A stretch of DNA of 64,000 bases from Candidatus Marinacidobacterales bacterium (GCA_965226495.1 OZ245365.1:5152001-5216000); one strand, 5' to 3'. Shown: positions 30,661 to 40,960, counted from the first letter of the stretch. Notes: generated by a model from the letters alone, not told the origin. Made by a program: numbers and translations.

Positions 30661-30687
30661 TCCCGTACTCCGAAACCGCCAGAGCCC

Positions 30688-33192
30688 ATGAACAAGAAAC
30701 TCGGCCACTACGAAGTCATCGAGCTTATTGGCTCTGGCGGAATGGGAGAGGTCTTCCTCGCTCACGACCAAAGCCTCGGCCGCCGTGTCGCACTGAAACT
30801 CCTTCCCGAAGATCTGCAACAGGACGAGACCACGAAGAAACGGTTCCTACGAGAAGCCAAGTCAGCCGCCGCTCTCGATCATCCTTACATCTGCAAGATC
30901 TATGAGATCGGCGAAGCCGAAGGAAACTCCTTCATCGCCATGGAGTATGTCGGAGGAGAGACCCTGCAGCAGCGATTGGCGCGAGGGCCCCTGCCTCTTG
31001 AAGACGCCGAGCGTATCGCCGCCGAGATCGCCGAAGCACTGGAGACCGCACACCAGAAAGGCATCGTGCACCGGGATCTCAAGCCGTCCAACATCATGCT
31101 TTCGACGGGCGGACACGTGAAGGTGTTGGATTTCGGACTAGCCAAACAAGTCACCGACACTACCGGAGCCGACAGCCAATTCGAAACCGAATCTCAGCTG
31201 ACCGGCAAGGGCTTAACACCCGGAACACCGGCCTACATGTCGCCCGAGCAGCTGCGAGGCGAAGCGGTCGATCCCCGCTCGGACATCTTTTCTCTGGGTC
31301 TCGTGGTCTACGAGATGCTGGCCGGCGCGCATCCATTCGTCGGAGCCACGTCGATGGATACCACGGCGGGGATCTTGAACAAGGCCCCGACTCCGCTCTC
31401 GGGTTACCGAAAAGACATCCCGGAGCCCCTCGAGCATCTTGTCGAAAAAATGCTGGCCAAAACGCCCGACGATCGTTATCAGCTCGTGCATGAAGTGCGG
31501 ACGGACCTTGCTCGCGCCAGGGGGACGATTGCTCCCACACGACGCACGCCGCTTTGGAAAAACCGACGCATCGGACTCAGCATGGGGGCCGTAGCACTCG
31601 TGGCCGTTTTAGTCGCTCTCGGAGCGTGGTGGCTCGCCTCTTCGCGAGACGCGCCTGTCTCGAGTACGGGACATCCGTCGGTGGCCGTCTTGCCATTAAG
31701 AAACCTCAGTCAGGACCCAATGGAAAGCGACTACTTGGCGGAGGGCATCAGCCAGGCCGTGATCACGAAACTCACCCAGGCGGGACTGCGCGTGACATCT
31801 TGGGAGACCGCCCGGCGTTACGGTCACAGTGGTGAGCCCGCCGAAAGCATCGGCCAAGAGTTGAACGTGGATAACGTTCTCGTCGGCACGTTTCAACTCT
31901 CCGGTGATCGAATACTCACGACGCTCGCCCTAGTTGAGGCGAAGAGCGGACTTCAATCATGGGCGGACGAGTTCGAAGAGCCCTTCGAAGATCTCTTCCA
32001 GGTGCAGCGCCGCATCGCGATGGGGGCAGCTACGAGCCTCAAAAAGGAACTAACCGGCGAGGAAGAGATCGCATTAGCCACGCCCGAGTCCCGGAGCGTC
32101 GACGCGTACGACTTCTACATGCAAGGCGCTCACATCCTTCAAGAGGGTGGTGAAGAGGCGACGAGCATCGCTTTCGAGTATTTCACTCGCGCCGTCGAGC
32201 TCGATGCGAATTTGACAGAGGCCCATGTGGGTCTCGGTGCGGCGCACTTCGGGCGCTTCTTCTACGGTTGGGGAGGTCTGAATAGTCTAGATAATGCGGA
32301 AGCGAGTTACGAGAAAGCTCTAGAGTTGAACGCTGAGTCCATGAGGGCTCGGAGAGGGCTCATTCAGGTCCGTTTTTCTAGAGGGCTCAGCGAGGGTTGC
32401 CTGATTCAAGGTCAACTGGCGGCGCGGTCTGATCGGCCGAATGGCGTGGAAGCCCTCCTGGCCCGGGCCGACGCGTACGCCTACGGCGGCTTGCCGGATC
32501 GGGCGCAGCCGCTCTATCGGCGGGTCATCGAAATGGACCCCCTCAACCAAGCCGCCCACTGGCAGCTTTTTCTGGCCTTCTTGGTAACCGGAGAGTTCGA
32601 AGAGAGCATCGAAGCCGGCAATACCTACCTTCGCCGATTCGGTGATGACGCGATGGTTCACACTCATGTTGCCGTCTCCCATCAGATCTTGGCCAGCGGC
32701 AACCGTGCCCTCGAGCACTACGAGAAGGCACTGGAATTCACATCGACTCATTTTCTTACCCTTTACTATGGCGGGCTCTTCTTCGAGAAGGTGGGAGAGC
32801 ACGACCGTGCGGAGGAAGTTTGGCAGCGGGGCGTGAAGCTTTTCGAGGCCGACCTTGAGCTCCACCCAGATCATGCTCTGTTGCGCTTTGTACTGGCGAG
32901 TCTCTACGGTCTCCTCGGCGAGCACGAGTCGGCCTTGACCGAGGAAGAACAAGCCTTAACAGGGAATGTGAGTGGCATCGGCCTCCCCATGCTCGCGGCA
33001 GTGCGAGCGAAACAAGGGGAAGCGGATCGGGCGGCCGAGCTGCTTCGGCACGCGTTGCGGCAGGGTGGATTGCCATATTTGTGGAAGTTATTTTTTCAGG
33101 CCGCCTCTGTGCCTCCTCCGCAGTCCGCCGCTTTTGATCAATTCCTTCAGGAATACGAAGCGGAAGAACAGCGGCTTCGGGAGCTCTACTAG
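30688..33192 (+). CDS. Ser/Thr protein kinase - TM - TolB-N-like - TPR
   Basis: GSGGMG, VALK, HRDLKPSN, DFG, YMSPEQ; TM; SVAVLPLRNLS; TPR repeats. Confidence 0.93.
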   Translation: MNKKLGHYEVIELIGSGGMGEVFLAHDQSLGRRVALKLLPEDLQQDETTKKRFLREAKSAAALDHPYICKIYEIGEAEGNSFIAMEYVGGETLQQRLARGPLPLEDAERIAAEIAEALETAHQKGIVHRDLKPSNIMLSTGGHVKVLDFGLAKQVTDTTGADSQFETESQLTGKGLTPGTPAYMSPEQLRGEAVDPRSDIFSLGLVVYEMLAGAHPFVGATSMDTTAGILNKAPTPLSGYRKDIPEPLEHLVEKMLAKTPDDRYQLVHEVRTDLARARGTIAPTRRTPLWKNRRIGLSMGAVALVAVLVALGAWWLASSRDAPVSSTGHPSVAVLPLRNLSQDPMESDYLAEGISQAVITKLTQAGLRVTSWETARRYGHSGEPAESIGQELNVDNVLVGTFQLSGDRILTTLALVEAKSGLQSWADEFEEPFEDLFQVQRRIAMGAATSLKKELTGEEEIALATPESRSVDAYDFYMQGAHILQEGGEEATSIAFEYFTRAVELDANLTEAHVGLGAAHFGRFFYGWGGLNSLDNAEASYEKALELNAESMRARRGLIQVRFSRGLSEGCLIQGQLAARSDRPNGVEALLARADAYAYGGLPDRAQPLYRRVIEMDPLNQAAHWQLFLAFLVTGEFEESIEAGNTYLRRFGDDAMVHTHVAVSHQILASGNRALEHYEKALEFTSTHFLTLYYGGLFFEKVGEHDRAEEVWQRGVKLFEADLELHPDHALLRFVLASLYGLLGEHESALTEEEQALTGNVSGIGLPMLAAVRAKQGEADRAAELLRHALRQGGLPYLWKLFFQAASVPPPQSAAFDQFLQEYEAEEQRLRELY

Positions 33193-33194
33193 GA

Positions 33195-35681
33195 ATGCCG
33201 GGCGAAACTTTCTCCCACTACCAGGTCCGGGAGAAGATCGGCCACGGCGGCATGGGAGAGGTGCACCTCGCCCACGACACGTCCTTAGATCGTCGGGTCG
33301 CCCTCAAGTTCCTGCCCGAAAGCCTTCAGCATAACGAAACCGCGAAGAGACGCTTCCTGAGAGAGGCGAAATCCGCCGCCGCGTTAGACCATCCCTACAT
33401 TTGCAAGATCTATGAGATCGGAGAGGCCGAGGGAAAGTCCTTCATTGCCATGGAGTATGTCCGTGGCCAGACCTTGGAGCAGAAGCTTGCCAAGGGAACC
33501 TTGCCGCTCGACCAAACGATCCGCATCACCTCCGAGATTGCCGAAGCACTCGAGACGGCGCATCAAGAAGGCATCGTCCATCGGGATCTCAAACCCTCCA
33601 ACATCATGCTCACGGAGGGCGGTCATGCGAAGGTCATGGATTTCGGACTCGCTAAGCGAGTGGCTTCCGCAGAGGGCGTGGATAGTCAATTTGAAACCAC
33701 ACCCCAGCTGACGGACAAGGGCTCGACGCTGGGGACGCTGGCTTACATGTCACCCGAGCAGCTGCGAGGCGAATCCGTCGATACTCGCTCAGACATCTTT
33801 TCCTTTGGCCTGGTGTTTTACGAGATGCTGGCGGGAACTCATCCCTTTAGTAAGGCCACGACGATGGACACTACGGCCGGGATCTTGAATCAGGAACCGG
33901 AGCCGATCTCCCGATACCGGCAGGACGTTCCGGAGCACCTGGTGCTTATTGTGCAGAAGATGCTGGCCAAAGGCTCCGGCGAGAGATACCAGCTCGTTCA
34001 CGACGTGCGGACGGACCTCGGGCGCGTTCGACAGAAAGCCGTTCCAGAGCGCGCTCGGCGACTGCAGCTCGGGTTGGGGGGCGTCGCAGCTCTTGCTCTT
34101 TTGGTGGCGACGGTCTGGTGGAGCGCTTCAACGTGGGCACCCACTTCGGATCCGCAGGTCACGTCGGTGGCAGTCCTGCCATTAGAGAATCTCAGCGAGG
34201 ATGCGCTCGAGACCGACTACCTAGCCGAAGGCATCAGCCGCGCCGTCATCACGAAGTTGGTTCAGGCCGGACTCCGGGTCACCCCCTGGGAGACGGTCCG
34301 GCGGTTTGCACACAGCGGCGACCCTCCGGAGAAGATTGCCAAGGAATTGAACGTCAACAACGTACTCGTCGGGACCTTCGAGCTCGTCGATGACCGCATT
34401 GTGACGACCCTTTCTTTGATGGAATCGGACGGCCTCCTCTCTTGGGCGGATGAGTTCGAGGAGCCTTATGAGGACATCTTCCGAGTCCAGAGACGCATCG
34501 CTGTGGGAGCAGCCAGGAGCCTGAAGAAGAAGCTAACCGGTGAGGAAGAAAAAGCGCTCGATGAGCCGGAGTCCCATAGCGTCGAGGCCTACGACTTCTA
34601 CTTGCAAGGTGCCCATATCCTGCAGGAAGGAGGCCAAGAAGCCACGAACATCGCGTTCGAGTATTTCACTCGCGCCGCTGAGCTGGACCCGAACCTGGCA
34701 GATGCCTTTGTGGGCCTCGGTGCGGTGCATACCGATCGCTACCTCTACGGGTGGGGAGGTCTGAGTAGCCTGACTCAGGCGGAGGCGAGCTACAAACGGG
34801 CCATCCAGTTGAACCAAGCGTCCATGCGGGCCCACAGGGGTCTAACTTATGTGAATTTTCTTTCGGGACGCACCGAGGCTCAACTCATTCAAGCTCGCGA
34901 GGCGGCTCGGCTCGGTCGACCGGATGACGTGGAAACACTTTTGACCCGAGCCCGGGGCTACTTACTCGGCCCAATGGGTGAACGAGCGTCGTCTCTTTAT
35001 CGCCGGGCCATCGAGCTCGATCCAGTCAATGCAGAAGCGCACGCCTATCTCACTATCAACACATGGGCAACCGAGCCCGAGCGGACAGTTGAAGCTGGCA
35101 AAGAGTTTTTCCGGCTGTTTGGTGACTACCATGAAGTTCATAACTATGTCGCCTATTCCTATCAATTGCTAGGCAACCATGAGCGCGCTCGCGAGCACTA
35201 CGAGAAAGCAATCAAGAGCTCACCTTCGGGGGACCCGAACCTCGAGTCGCTCCTGTTCAGAGGCATTTTGATGGATCAGCTTGGAGACCGTGCGCAAGCC
35301 GAAAAAGCTTGGTGGGCGGGAGTCGAGTCGGTGACGGCCAAACTGGAAGCGTACCCCGACAATGCCGGCATGCGCCTGTTGCTAGCGTGTTTCTATGGCC
35401 TGCTGGGTGAGCAGGCTTCCTCCCTAGCCGAGGAAGAACGAGCACTGGCCTCCAACGTCAGCGGCTATGCGTGGTACTACCTCGCGGCGGTCCGGGCAAG
35501 GCTGGGGGACACCGAGCGTGCCATTGAGCTGCTGCGGCGCGTCGTGCGACGAGGTCGCATCGAGCCGTTGTGGGAACCCTTTCTTCGACGAGCTTTCGCG
35601 CCTCCTATGAGATCGGAAGCGTTCGACCAATTTGTCAAGGAATACGAGGCAGAAGCGCAGCGGCTTCGGGAGAAATATTGA
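33195..35681 (+). CDS. Ser/Thr protein kinase - TM - TolB-N-like - TPR (tandem paralog)
   Basis: Same motifs and architecture; identical YEAExQRLRExY end pattern. Confidence 0.93.
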   Translation: MPGETFSHYQVREKIGHGGMGEVHLAHDTSLDRRVALKFLPESLQHNETAKRRFLREAKSAAALDHPYICKIYEIGEAEGKSFIAMEYVRGQTLEQKLAKGTLPLDQTIRITSEIAEALETAHQEGIVHRDLKPSNIMLTEGGHAKVMDFGLAKRVASAEGVDSQFETTPQLTDKGSTLGTLAYMSPEQLRGESVDTRSDIFSFGLVFYEMLAGTHPFSKATTMDTTAGILNQEPEPISRYRQDVPEHLVLIVQKMLAKGSGERYQLVHDVRTDLGRVRQKAVPERARRLQLGLGGVAALALLVATVWWSASTWAPTSDPQVTSVAVLPLENLSEDALETDYLAEGISRAVITKLVQAGLRVTPWETVRRFAHSGDPPEKIAKELNVNNVLVGTFELVDDRIVTTLSLMESDGLLSWADEFEEPYEDIFRVQRRIAVGAARSLKKKLTGEEEKALDEPESHSVEAYDFYLQGAHILQEGGQEATNIAFEYFTRAAELDPNLADAFVGLGAVHTDRYLYGWGGLSSLTQAEASYKRAIQLNQASMRAHRGLTYVNFLSGRTEAQLIQAREAARLGRPDDVETLLTRARGYLLGPMGERASSLYRRAIELDPVNAEAHAYLTINTWATEPERTVEAGKEFFRLFGDYHEVHNYVAYSYQLLGNHERAREHYEKAIKSSPSGDPNLESLLFRGILMDQLGDRAQAEKAWWAGVESVTAKLEAYPDNAGMRLLLACFYGLLGEQASSLAEEERALASNVSGYAWYYLAAVRARLGDTERAIELLRRVVRRGRIEPLWEPFLRRAFAPPMRSEAFDQFVKEYEAEAQRLREKY

Positions 35682-35903
35682 CGGGTGGATCCCGTCGGCC
35701 ACTCGTCATTATTCACCACGCCTGGCGGCATATACCACCATCTTCTGGTGGATTATGACAGTTCCTCCAATGACCGCGTGCTCGGCGACCTGATGCTTCT
35801 CGTGACAGGGGCGTTAGTTAGAGGTATCCTGGAAGTCTAGAGCCTGCAAGCGATCGCGCGTCTACCGCGAAGCGGGCATACGGTTCCCAAGGATTGCAGC
35901 AAG

Positions 35904-36380
35904 ATGGATTTCGATGAAGTCATGAAAGTCCTGGCACTTCGAGAAGGAGAAGCTTGATTATGTCCTCGTCGGTGGAGTGGCGCTCAATTTCCATGGGATT
36001 GCTAGAGCAACCGAAGACATTGATCTCTTCGTCCGGCCGGATTCGGACAACATAGAACGGCTGCGAAGAGCTCTGAAGCAACTCTATGACGACCCGAGCA
36101 TCGACGAAATCAGCGTCGACGATCTAACTGGCGATTACCCCACCATTCGTTATGTTCCTCCCCACGGAGAACTCTTCCTGGACATCATCGTCCGGCCCGG
36201 GGAGTTCGCGGACTATGCCGATCTAGAAATTGAACACATCGACGTTCAGGGAGTGAAGGTCAGGGTTGCGTCTCCCCAGACTCTATACTGGCTCAAGAAG
36301 GAAACGCTCCGGGCGATCGAGCAGACGCCGAGGCACTGAGTGAGAAATTCGATCTTAGCGGGAAGCGCAAGAAAGAATGA
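35904..36380 (+). pseudogene. Nucleotidyltransferase family protein with two frameshifts (near 35938 and 36320)
   Basis: YVLVGGVAL..HG..RATEDID motif; KKETLRAI-(fs)-ADAEAL C-terminus. Confidence 0.75.
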
Positions 36381-36392
36381 TGAGGAAACCGA

Positions 36393-36656
36393 ATGCCGGT
36401 GACGAAATTTCGGACGTTTGAAGAAGCCCGTCGGGCCTTGTGGTGCGATCGCCTCGATGAGAGCTACTTCGCTAGGGTGGCTGGGCTATGGGCGTTTTCA
36501 CACCGCTTACACCCTAGAGCGTTTCCCCCTGGGGTCTTCAAGTATAGACAGCTTGGAGACGCCCAGAGGGAGAGGGAACGATGGATCACGGAAAACGTTC
36601 GGCGACTTCGCCAGCAACGCATCGCGAACGGAGAGTGTAAGCCGGTAACGAAGTGA
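36393..36656 (+). CDS. Small hypothetical protein coupled to the nucleotidyltransferase
   Basis: GAGG RBS, 87 aa, MPVTKFRTFEEA...PPGVFKYR. Confidence 0.7.
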   Translation: MPVTKFRTFEEARRALWCDRLDESYFARVAGLWAFSHRLHPRAFPPGVFKYRQLGDAQRERERWITENVRRLRQQRIANGECKPVTK

Positions 36657-36671
36657 GGATGGGCCCTGAGA

Positions 36672-37961
36672 TCAGAGCCCGTTGAGGATCTCCGCGGTCA
36701 GCTTCTCGAACTGCGCGATCGCTTCTTGATGAGCGTCCCCGGTTGCGGGGCCGGAGAAGCCGCCGTAGATGGCGTGGACGGTGCCGTCTCGATTCAGAAA
36801 GACTGTAACCGGAACGCCTTCAATAGGCCCGAGCTCAGAGAGTCCGTCAACCGCCAGATTCTCGAGCGTCCCATCGGCGAGGACGATATCCCATTCGATG
36901 CCGTGCCGGTCCTTGAACTCCTGAACGCGACGCTCCTTGTATTCCTGATTGTCGCTGTATTCGAAGGCCAGACCCAGAATCTCGAGGCCCGATGCCCGAT
37001 GCTTTTCATAGAGCTCCACGAGCAGCGGCGCGTGATCGTTGCAATTTGGGCACCACGTTCCGAAGATCTCCAAGATGACGGGCTTCCCTGTATATTTCTC
37101 ATTCTGTAAGGCTGCGGTGTCGAGTCGCGTTTCGCCGGGCTTGAACGCGATGCGGCCGAGGGGATCGGGCAGCTCGAAATCGTCGTCACGCTCGGCGACG
37201 AATTCCTCCCATGAATAGGAAGTGACCCACTCCCCTTCCATCGTCCCATCGGGCTTTATCTCCCCGGCAAGCCGGAACGCGTGCTGGCCATCGAACGTCG
37301 ACAGGTACAAGCGAGTCCCTCGCAAGTTGCCGGCGAGGAAACGGACGTCGCCATACTGAGATGGCACCTCGAGCGTTCCCGTGACCACCCCGGACGCGTC
37401 TTGCTCGAAGAGACCCTTGGCCACTCCGTACTTGTCGAATTCCGCCCGCCAGGTGCCCGTGACATCGACCGACGCTTGGCCGGCCTCCGGCTCATCCGGC
37501 TCCATCGGGAAACGTTCCAGGGGATTCGGCTCGGAGATGGGACGCGCTTTTAGCCCCATGACAGGCTCCATCCCGGCGCTAGGCAGCTCTCGGCACCAGT
37601 GCCCGGTCAGTGTGCCGTCCGGCCTGAACCAGGCCTCGATCTGGGTCCCGTAGACAGGAAAGTCAACGACGAAGCCGATGGGACTGCGGCGGCAATCGGC
37701 CCGGAGGCGCTCCTCCCCATTGACGATAGTGGCGTCTTCGTTCTCGCAATCATTGGGAACCTCGAGGAAAAAGGGAAACTGGTCGCCTTCCTCGGTTGCC
37801 AGGTGCGCGTGATACCACTGCGCGCCGTTCGCCTTGGGGTCAGTCGTCTTGCCGCAGCCCCCGATTGCAAGGAGGAGTCCCGCACTCACGAGCGCACGCG
37901 TCAGGTGTCTTGGATAGACGTTGACTTGCGTGTCGAGCACCGTTACCTCCTGCGAGAACAC
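36672..37961 (-). CDS. TlpA-like thiol-disulfide oxidoreductase lipoprotein with N-terminal beta domains
   Basis: Lipobox IGGC, GTWCPNC, GVPVT cis-Pro loop; start uncertain. Confidence 0.82.
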   Translation of the reverse strand: MFSQEVTVLDTQVNVYPRHLTRALVSAGLLLAIGGCGKTTDPKANGAQWYHAHLATEEGDQFPFFLEVPNDCENEDATIVNGEERLRADCRRSPIGFVVDFPVYGTQIEAWFRPDGTLTGHWCRELPSAGMEPVMGLKARPISEPNPLERFPMEPDEPEAGQASVDVTGTWRAEFDKYGVAKGLFEQDASGVVTGTLEVPSQYGDVRFLAGNLRGTRLYLSTFDGQHAFRLAGEIKPDGTMEGEWVTSYSWEEFVAERDDDFELPDPLGRIAFKPGETRLDTAALQNEKYTGKPVILEIFGTWCPNCNDHAPLLVELYEKHRASGLEILGLAFEYSDNQEYKERRVQEFKDRHGIEWDIVLADGTLENLAVDGLSELGPIEGVPVTVFLNRDGTVHAIYGGFSGPATGDAHQEAIAQFEKLTAEILNGL

Positions 37962-37964
37962 TTC

Positions 37965-38477
37965 TTAGGGCCGAACGGACTTTCGGGCCTTCTCGATGGC
38001 GGCGAGAATCTTCGGAGACGTCGTCGGAAGCTTCAGCACAATTCCCCACTCTTTTCTCGCCGCGGAATATACGCTGCGGGTCGGAAACTTGAGAATGGGC
38101 AGCACCGCGGCGTCCGGCGCTAGAGATGCCATGTCGCTTTGGAGGTTTCCGGCTTGCTCGATCCACACCAAGAGCACATCGTAGTCGCCGTTCTTCGCGG
38201 CGGCTAGAAACGTGTCCGCATCGAAAGCTACCTCAAGGGTATGACCCACTTGTTCGAAAAAATTCGCGCCATCCGGATCCCACCGCTCATCCTCTGGTGT
38301 ATTCTCATCTTGTTGGTAGTACCAGAGTATGTTGGTCGGCTTGATGCTCGCCAGGATGCGCTGATAGCGAGCACCCTTGCCGCTGACCAGGAACTTGGAG
38401 CCGCAGGCTTTAACCAGAACGTCGCTCAGACCTATTGTGACTCCCGAGACAACCAAAAATAGAAGTAGCTTTTTCAT
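37965..38477 (-). CDS. Exported hypothetical protein (ACGSKFL motif)
   Basis: AGGAGG RBS, signal peptide, co-oriented with the TlpA gene. Confidence 0.75.
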   Translation of the reverse strand: MKKLLLFLVVSGVTIGLSDVLVKACGSKFLVSGKGARYQRILASIKPTNILWYYQQDENTPEDERWDPDGANFFEQVGHTLEVAFDADTFLAAAKNGDYDVLLVWIEQAGNLQSDMASLAPDAAVLPILKFPTRSVYSAARKEWGIVLKLPTTSPKILAAIEKARKSVRP

Positions 38478-38506
38478 ACTATCCTCCTAGGACGACTCCT
38501 CATCCA

Positions 38507-38524
38507 CCTACTCTGCCTCCGGTT
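38507..38524 (+). repeat. 18-bp inverted repeat, left copy (CCTACTCTGCCTCCGGTT)
   Basis: Exact reverse complement of 39361-39378. Confidence 0.95.
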
Positions 38525-38743
38525 CATCTGATCTTTCCGCGGGGAGGAAGTCTTCTGGCGGTGCCCTTCGATGTCGAGCGGCTCGAGATCACGGGCGAAC
38601 CGGTTCCAGTGCTGGAAGGGTTGATAGGCCTGTTGCCGGATTTCGCGATCTCCGACAACGGAACCCTCGTCTACGTCCCGGGAAGCGGCGAGCCGGGTAA
38701 CAGACTCGTCTGGGTGGATAGGACAGGAGAAACTCAGCCGGTC
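38507..38743 (+). pseudogene. Inverted continuation of the truncated kinase beta-propeller
   Basis: YSASG-HLIFPRGGSLLAVPFD...LVWVDRTG aligns with the 43789 kinase region that follows the point where the 40960 kinase breaks. Confidence 0.85.
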
Positions 38744-38814
38744 AGGGCCTCGGGGCTGCCGTTCTTCCAAGCCACGAGAAGCCCGGTGACCTCGCCCGGT
38801 TTCGAATCGACCAT
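38734..38814 (-). pseudogene. 5' remnant of an ECF sigma factor of the kinase-associated (Sig-70_X6-like) type
   Basis: MVDSKPGEVTGLLVAWKNGSPEAL matches the EVTxLLxAWxxGxxxAL N-terminal motif. Confidence 0.7.
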
Positions 38815-38941
38815 TGACCGCCCCCGAAAACTCCCTTGTTTTCTACCACGTGGGGGATCGGTCGGCAAATCCAGGAAAAGCGAAGTGTTGGTGAGCCGAT
38901 TTCTGGCTATTCTCGCCCATCGGCCCATCCGGAGGTGCAAG

Positions 38942-39022
38942 ATGGATTCTCGACGGGTTCTACCCCTTCTTTTTGTCGCCCTAGTCCTTTTGATTCCCGC
39001 CAACGCACAGGCTCAAGCCTAG
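38942..39022 (+). pseudogene. Isolated signal peptide of an exported or outer-membrane protein
   Basis: GGAGG RBS, MDSRRVLPLLFVALVLLIPANAQAQA followed by a stop. Confidence 0.65.
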
Positions 39023-39038
39023 CCGGACGCGACGATAC

Positions 39039-39276
39039 TTAAAAGAAAACCCGGGCCTCGCCTTTCTCCGCGATGAGCTTCTCGACGTGGGACAGGAGGA
39101 AGTCCCGGCGCTCCAGGATCGCCTTGATCTGGCCTCCCATGAGGGTCCCCTTGAAGTTTGCGTCCAGCGTCTCGCGATCGAAGGTCTTGAGCTTCTCCAC
39201 GAGCTCGCGATCGTACTGATTGGGCAGCTTCTTCTCGTTCTTGAGCATCTTCTTGCTCGAGGCGAACGCGCGGGAA
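39039..39276 (-). pseudogene. 3' remnant of another gene (SRAF...ILERRD...KGEARVFF)
   Basis: Protein-like frame with no start of its own, joined to unrelated sequence. Confidence 0.55.
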
Positions 39277-39360
39277 GGACGCTGTCCGAGAACAGATGGT
39301 CACCTGCGTCGAGATACTGGTAACTGAGCGAGAGGAAGGCCTCTCCTTTGGGAGTCGCCC

Positions 39361-39378
39361 AACCGGAGGCAGAGTAGG
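39361..39378 (-). repeat. 18-bp inverted repeat, right copy (AACCGGAGGCAGAGTAGG)
   Basis: Exact reverse complement of 38507-38524; sits at the kinase breakpoint. Confidence 0.95.
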
Positions 39379-40960
39379 CCGCACTATTTGTTCGCTCGAT
39401 GAGAGGTCGAAACTTGCCGGTGTCCAAGGCGACCACTCCGATCGTGAGGTCCTCGCCGAGAAGAGAAGACGCGTGAGGAGGCCGCATTACGATGAGAAGG
39501 GCCTTGCCGCCCGGGAGGAGTGCGCGCGGAAAGTGGGAGCCCTCTTCTGGCGTCGTAACGGTCTGAGGTTGGCCCCCGGCCGCAGAGACGGACAAGATCC
39601 CGGGCCCGGCCCGAAAGGATCGGAAGTAGATCCGACCATCGCTACCCCAGGTGGCGCCGGGCGTCCGGGGCGCGTCGCACAGCGTCACCGGTGCGCCACC
39701 CGCTACCGATACCTTCTTGAGCTTGTCATCGGCAATGAATCCGATCCACTGCCCATCCGGCGAGAAGAAGGGACGGACGCCACCGTCCGTCCCCTCTAGC
39801 GGTTTGGTGTCGAGCCGATCCATGGAGCGCAGGAAAATTTGTGAGGTGCCATCCACCTGACCGGCTAGGGCGAGGCGCGAGCCGTCTGGCGAGACGGCCA
39901 CTCGCCCGAACGCCCCCGGAAGAGGTGGGGTCGCGAGACGCAGTCTCGTCACCGTTCCCGAAGGGGGCGGGCCGGCCCGCATCCAGCCCCACATACCGAC
40001 GCTTGTGGCGAGGATGGCCAAGGCTCCAGCCGCGATCCACGGGGCGGTTCGACGCCAGCCAGGACTGGTGCTCGCGGCGCGAGCCGCGCTCGGCGCGACC
40101 GCCGGCTCACCGAGAGCCTCTTCGAGCTCCACCCGCACATCCCACGCATCGCGAAAGCGTCGACGAGGATCTTTTTGGAGACAGCGTTCGAGAAGCCGGC
40201 GGATGCTTCTTGGTGTTTCCTTGGGGAGCGCAAGCCAATCGGGGTCCTGTCTCAGGACAGAGGCTAATGTGTCAGAGAGCGTATTCCCCTGGAAGGTCAC
40301 GTGGCCAGTGAGGGTTTCATAGAGACAGCATCCGAAGGCCCAGATGTCGGTCCTTTTGTCGACCGTCTTGCCTCGGGCTTGCTCGGGGCTCATGTAGCCG
40401 GCCGTCCCCAAGATCACACCTGCTTCCGTTGCGGCTCCGGTGACCGTCGGTGACTCGGACGAATCTCCCGAGGGTGTGCCCTCAGTCGCCTTCGCCAGAC
40501 CGAAATCCAACACCTTGACCTTCTCGTCTGGAGTCAGCTTAATGTTGGCAGGCTTCAAGTCCCGATGAATGACGTCTTTCTCATGTGCGGCTTCGAGCGC
40601 CTCGGCAATCTGCATGAATAGAGGTAGCGCCTCCTCGACAGGGATGGCTGATTGCTTGATGCGTTCGGCCAGAGTCTCACCGGGAACGAGCTCCATCACC
40701 AGGAAACGCAAGTTGCCCGATTGCTCGAGTCCATGGAGGGTCGCGATGTTGGGGTGATTCAGGGAAGCCAGGAGACGCGCTTCCCGCTCGAAGCGAGCGA
40801 GACGTTCGGCGTCTTCGGAGAAGGCTTCGGGAAGGACTTTGATCGCGACTTCGCGCCCGAGCTTGGTGTCCTGCGCGCGATAGACCTCGCCCATTCCACC
40901 CGCCCCGAGTGGAGACAGGATCTCGTAGGATTCCAGGTGGTCTCCGGGACTGATGGACAT
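39362..40960 (-). pseudogene. Ser/Thr kinase - TM - PD40/TolB beta-propeller, truncated (ORF reads on to 38981 through foreign sequence)
   Basis: Intact kinase motifs and SPDG repeats; homology to the 43789 kinase stops at AAYSASG. Confidence 0.88.

Noticed and set aside
39020-39022. Stop-codon readthrough (pyrrolysine) after the orphan signal peptide
   Set aside because: The TAG coincides with a rearrangement junction, and the downstream sequence is the antisense of another gene end.
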